From contig JAXGJB010000047.1 of assembly GCA_040770465.1 (NCBI GenBank), positions 1 through 18,287 of the forward strand: a stretch of 18,287 bases of DNA, read 5' to 3'. A program made the position numbers and the translations under genes. Every line of letters begins with the position of its first letter. Position 1 is the stretch's first letter. The DNA comes from Methanothrix sp. GTDB taxonomy: Archaea; Halobacteriota; Methanosarcinia; Methanotrichales; Methanotrichaceae. Below, one piece after another: positions 16,101 through 18,287 of this stretch. The notes beneath the pieces are model-generated. The model was not told the origin of the DNA. It did not search any database and saw nothing but the letters and a program-made list of their open reading frames with translations.

Positions 16101-16313
16101 GAGCCCCTGATCCTGCTGGAGGGTCTGGGTTACCTGATCACCCAGAGCAACTATGAGTCGGTGCTGAGGTTCGTCCAGTCCCAGAGGGACGAGGTCTCCC
16201 TGAAGAGAGGGATATTGATAATTCACATCGATCCTCTCGCCCTGGACACCAAGGAGCGGCACCGGCTGGAGAGCGAGATGGAGATCCTCGAAGTGGGTGA
16301 GGAGAAAAGATGA
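13113..16313 (+). CDS. SLC5 (sodium:solute symporter)-STAC-tandem DUF835 fusion; CrbS/CbrA-like sensor transporter lacking a histidine kinase
   Basis: CrbS-type SLC5 motifs 'VYALSFSVYVSAWTFYGAVG', 'PYVALQL', 'LPRQFHVMVVEN'. STAC-like 'LEETVARYIGAERA...LTGSLGPTATRMIV'. Two DUF835-like units ('IDPRNL...IILLDGLEGLI'; 'VIWLT...VDPTNF...LILLEGLGYLITQSNYESVLRFV'). The start may be TTG 13125 (SD AGGTGG, TTGA overlap). Confidence 0.85.
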   Translation: MDLELINPVLALAAMVLYLLLLFGIAHYADRKRDQGKSIVSNPYVYALSFSVYVSAWTFYGAVGRGATDGLGFLPIYLGPSLVMLLGWTVVRKMIKISKEHRLATISDFISFRYGKSYVIGALVAVAILVVITPYVALQLIAISGSLTIISGSYHEVLGMRRLMVTVLLGVFAIIFGTRHLDPLERHEGLIAAVAFESVVKLVAFVVAGLYITYGLFGGYGEIVGAIASTPEYSHLLKVDYVSWLSLTMMSSFAILFLPRQFHVMVVENSDEEHLKKAMWLFPLYMLLINLFVPAVAWGGLLLGEPGRADMFMVSIPISQGQDLLALLVFIGGTSAATAMVLVSAVTVGTMMLNDLEMPYIVRKIGKGRDLPSLILTLKRLNILLVLALGYLYSLLVGFPALVDIGTLSFLAACQLAPAALGGLYWKKGCRQGAVAGLVAGFLIWGYTALLPILVEAGWVSRGLIENGPVGIALLRPTALFGLDLDVWTHAFFWSILANFSLYVLFSLIHQPSDEEKAIADSFVDIYRVCPRIEPCPVLPFGESMVIRVGTVDELEETVARYIGAERAKNVVELNLADLKTTREGIDARQLFELRDRLEKTLTGSLGPTATRMIVEEEVAVKPVVEVIKETSPIYTLNPGKIYIIPEKAYEVFTDQITHGIEGLCITLSDPDEIRLRWHFTETPIIRLSSERGRGERYIDPRNLPLLFITIKSFVESSRNSIILLDGLEGLIEENASVPESEVLDFVHALEDLSGMGRTRLVVQARPEFVNRMLASDINEAQQLIFLLGPLSAYLFKVFVDSLLKRLDEPEKMTVHRSLEGMMETEKIFAGMRGEDEGGACDPEMGYIDERRGGLKIDMRSRLGRWEFFAALRRLAAAIGEVDPSFDLSRAAKPLMAKYGLDPLELRLVPGTTYVIEEDKPVESLRAFGDLVGRGVEGLCITRYHPEKLMDSYGLSPERVIWLTQSAGIDPKYRHVDPTNFPRLSGMISDFLTKADEPLILLEGLGYLITQSNYESVLRFVQSQRDEVSLKRGILIIHIDPLALDTKERHRLESEMEILEVGEEKR

Positions 16314-16338
16314 ACTATAGAGCGGAGGACGATGATCC

Positions 16339-16593
16339 ATGGTCTATGTCGAGATATTAATCCTGGGACTGCTGCTTTTGTTGGCGGTCTATGCGTCTTT
16401 CAGCCTTATCGTCAAGTCCGTGAAGTATCTGGCCGTAAACTCCCTCTTCGGCCTGGTCATCCTCTATCTCGCAAACGCCATCGCCGGCCTGGGCATACCC
16501 TACAGCCTGACGGTGATTCTCATCTGCGCCATCCTGGGGGCACCGGGAGCTATAGCCGTCATCATCCTGAACTTCTTCGGCCTTGCCTTCTGA
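16339..16593 (+). CDS. Pro-sigmaK processing inhibitor BofA family small membrane protein
   Basis: 'LAVNSLFGLVILYLAN....IPYSLTVILICAILGAPGAI' is the BofA-family pattern (N...G...L..N; I....LG.PG). SD GGAGG upstream. Confidence 0.8.
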   Translation: MVYVEILILGLLLLLAVYASFSLIVKSVKYLAVNSLFGLVILYLANAIAGLGIPYSLTVILICAILGAPGAIAVIILNFFGLAF

Positions 16594-16644
16594 AGGCGGA
16601 TGAGGTCTCTATTCAGTGGCTTCTCGCATCTGTTGAATTGGCCT

Positions 16645-16663
16645 GGCGGTGATCATCACCGCC
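16645..16663. terminator. Perfect 19-bp palindrome between convergent genes; possible terminator or processing hairpin
   Basis: GGCGGTGAT-C-ATCACCGCC. An alternative pairing GGTGATCA/TGATCACC extends to 16679. No U-tract. Confidence 0.35.
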
Positions 16664-16806
16664 CTTGCGGCTGATCACCTCGGGGATCGACTTTACCACC
16701 GCCATCACAAGATTCCATCCGCTCTCTTAACTGGGTCGATCAGGATGCGGCCGAGAAGATGACGGCGAACCTCGCTCGACCCGAATCCCACCCAGGCCTG
16801 CCTTTT

Positions 16807-17619
16807 TCACGGGTCAATGCAGCTTTTCGAGCTGATCGTGCCTGACCGGTGGAAGAAGTGGACGACGAAGGCCGCAAAGAGGACGGCCATGATCCCGGTA
16901 AGGAATATCCCGTCGAAGACCCCAGCACCGCCGATGGAGAGGATGAGGGGCTTATCGCTCAGGTTCATCGATCCGTGGCCGATCATCGGCGGGGCCAGCT
17001 GTGCCAGGACCCCTGGGGTGAGGAGGTTGAAGATGTCGGCCCCCAGGAGAGTTCCCATCGTGCCGCTGATGTAGGCGAGGGCAGGGGCGGCCTGGAGCCT
17101 CCTCGCCAGGGTGAGGCCGCAGACGGCGGCGAGGGCCGGGGGGATGTAGAAGGGAAGGAGGATCCCCTCGTTTGCGACCGGCATCGCCATCGCATAGGTT
17201 ATCGCCGCCACGATCAGCGTCCCCAGGATCGCCCTTCTCGTCGATACCTGGCACCTGAAGAGGATCGTCAGGGAGACGACGATGGGGATGATGCAGCCGC
17301 CCAGGTTCGCCGTCAGGGCGACGGGATGGAAGGTGGTGGGGAAGGATAAGTCCACCATAGGGGAGAGGAAGGAGGCGGCCTCAATAAATATCGGGGGGTA
17401 TGAGGTGATGAGCCCTTGGTGAAGGGGGACGTTCACGGCGCTTCCGACGAAGCTTCCGAAGACCATCAGAAGCGCGTGCCAGTGGCTGAACCCCACCTGA
17501 AAGAATGCCTCTGCCGTCAGCCTGAAGAATAGGTAGATGATGATGAGCGGCGCGGCAAGGATGAGCAGTATGATCGCGAGGTAGATGGGGATGACGAGCC
17601 ATTCGAACAACTTCAACAC
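16807..17619 (-). CDS. DUF1614 family integral membrane protein
   Basis: 'GSAVNVPL', 'ANLGGCIIP', 'LAYISGTMGTLLGADIFNL', 'SIGGAGVFDGIFLTGIMAV'. Confidence 0.88.
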   Translation of the reverse strand: MLKLFEWLVIPIYLAIILLILAAPLIIIYLFFRLTAEAFFQVGFSHWHALLMVFGSFVGSAVNVPLHQGLITSYPPIFIEAASFLSPMVDLSFPTTFHPVALTANLGGCIIPIVVSLTILFRCQVSTRRAILGTLIVAAITYAMAMPVANEGILLPFYIPPALAAVCGLTLARRLQAAPALAYISGTMGTLLGADIFNLLTPGVLAQLAPPMIGHGSMNLSDKPLILSIGGAGVFDGIFLTGIMAVLFAAFVVHFFHRSGTISSKSCIDP

Positions 17620-17737
17620 CCGAAAGCAGATTTGTTGGAGCCGTTAATATAGTCTTGCTAATGGCCTTCCGGAGGCATAGACCGAAAAGAGGATCTCTTT
17701 TGGGGAAGGCCTGAGCGATGAATGGTGGTTTTTCGAT

Positions 17738-18244
17738 ATGACGGTAATTGCGGGTAAAGAGCTTCGGGAGATGCTGGATCGGGGCGTCGTCACCGACATG
17801 ATCGACCCCGAGGTGCAGGTTCAGATGTGCGGGGTGGACCTCACCCTCAGGTCCGTCGAGCGGTTTTTGACGCCGGGGGCGGTGGACTACGACAACAAGG
17901 AGCGCGAGATCTCAAAGACCGAGGAGATCGCCTTCGACGGAGCGGGCTGGGTCCATCTCGATCCGGGCTGCTACCTAGTCACCTTCAACGAGGCGGTGAG
18001 CATTCCCAAGACGATCGCCGCCCTGGCGAGGCCGAGGTCGAGCCTCCTTCGGAGCGGGGCGACCGTCGAGACCGCCCTCTGGGACCCCGGCTACCGGGGC
18101 CGGAGCCAGTCCCTCCTCGTCGTCTTCAACCCCGCAGGCCTCCGGCTGAAGAGGAACGCCCGGCTGATCCAGCTCGCCTTCTATCGGCTCAGCTCCATGG
18201 CGGAGAAGGGGTACGAGGGGGCTTACCAGAACGAGAACCTCTGA
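17738..18244 (+). CDS. dut: Archaeal dUTPase (dCTP deaminase/dUTPase family)
   Basis: 'QVQMCGVDLTL', 'ARPRSSLLRSG', 'ALWDPGYRGRS', 'ARLIQLAF', 'YEGAYQNE'. Lacks the Dcd catalytic TLE motif. Confidence 0.88.
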   Translation: MTVIAGKELREMLDRGVVTDMIDPEVQVQMCGVDLTLRSVERFLTPGAVDYDNKEREISKTEEIAFDGAGWVHLDPGCYLVTFNEAVSIPKTIAALARPRSSLLRSGATVETALWDPGYRGRSQSLLVVFNPAGLRLKRNARLIQLAFYRLSSMAEKGYEGAYQNENL

Positions 18245-18287
18245 TCAATCTACTCCGCCTCTAAGAGGAGGCGGCGGCCGGTGGGCC

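Noticed and set aside
17738-18244. dCTP deaminase (dcd)
   Set aside because: It has GRSQSL where Dcd has G.ITLE, so it lacks the catalytic Glu. Better called dUTPase.
18255-18274. Hairpin CCGCCTC/GAGGCGG after dut as a terminator
   Set aside because: No U-tract is visible and the window ends 13 nt later, so it cannot be supported.

Overview
Archaeal DNA, mostly GC-rich. Gene content and style suggest a Methanosarcinales/Methanotrichales methanogen, probably Methanothrix-like; this is an inference, not a database result. Left part (1-2570): three toxin-antitoxin modules (RelE plus an unannotated 54-aa antitoxin, MntA/HepT, DUF104/VapC), separated by same-orientation copies of a shared GC-rich repeat. 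Next come a molybdate/tungstate ABC operon (modABC, with modB apparently starting at CTG), about 0.8 kb of unexplained DNA, and an iron-sulfur flavoprotein gene with a hairpin-rich upstream region. A strictly phased 11 x 10-bp array follows, which may also encode a 49-aa Tyr/His repeat peptide. A rearranged patch holds a TMEM175 channel and a truncated HNH nuclease between two copies of a Zn-ribbon gene 3' end. It is followed by a membrane-anchored protein with 3 Ig-like repeats plus a jacalin lectin domain, a SpoIIAA-like gene and a non-discriminating aspS. Right part: a small membrane protein with a 1066-aa SLC5-STAC-2xDUF835 sensor-like fusion (CrbS-like input, no kinase), then BofA-like, DUF1614 and dUTPase genes. 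No rRNA, tRNA, CRISPR array, transposase or integrase was recognised.
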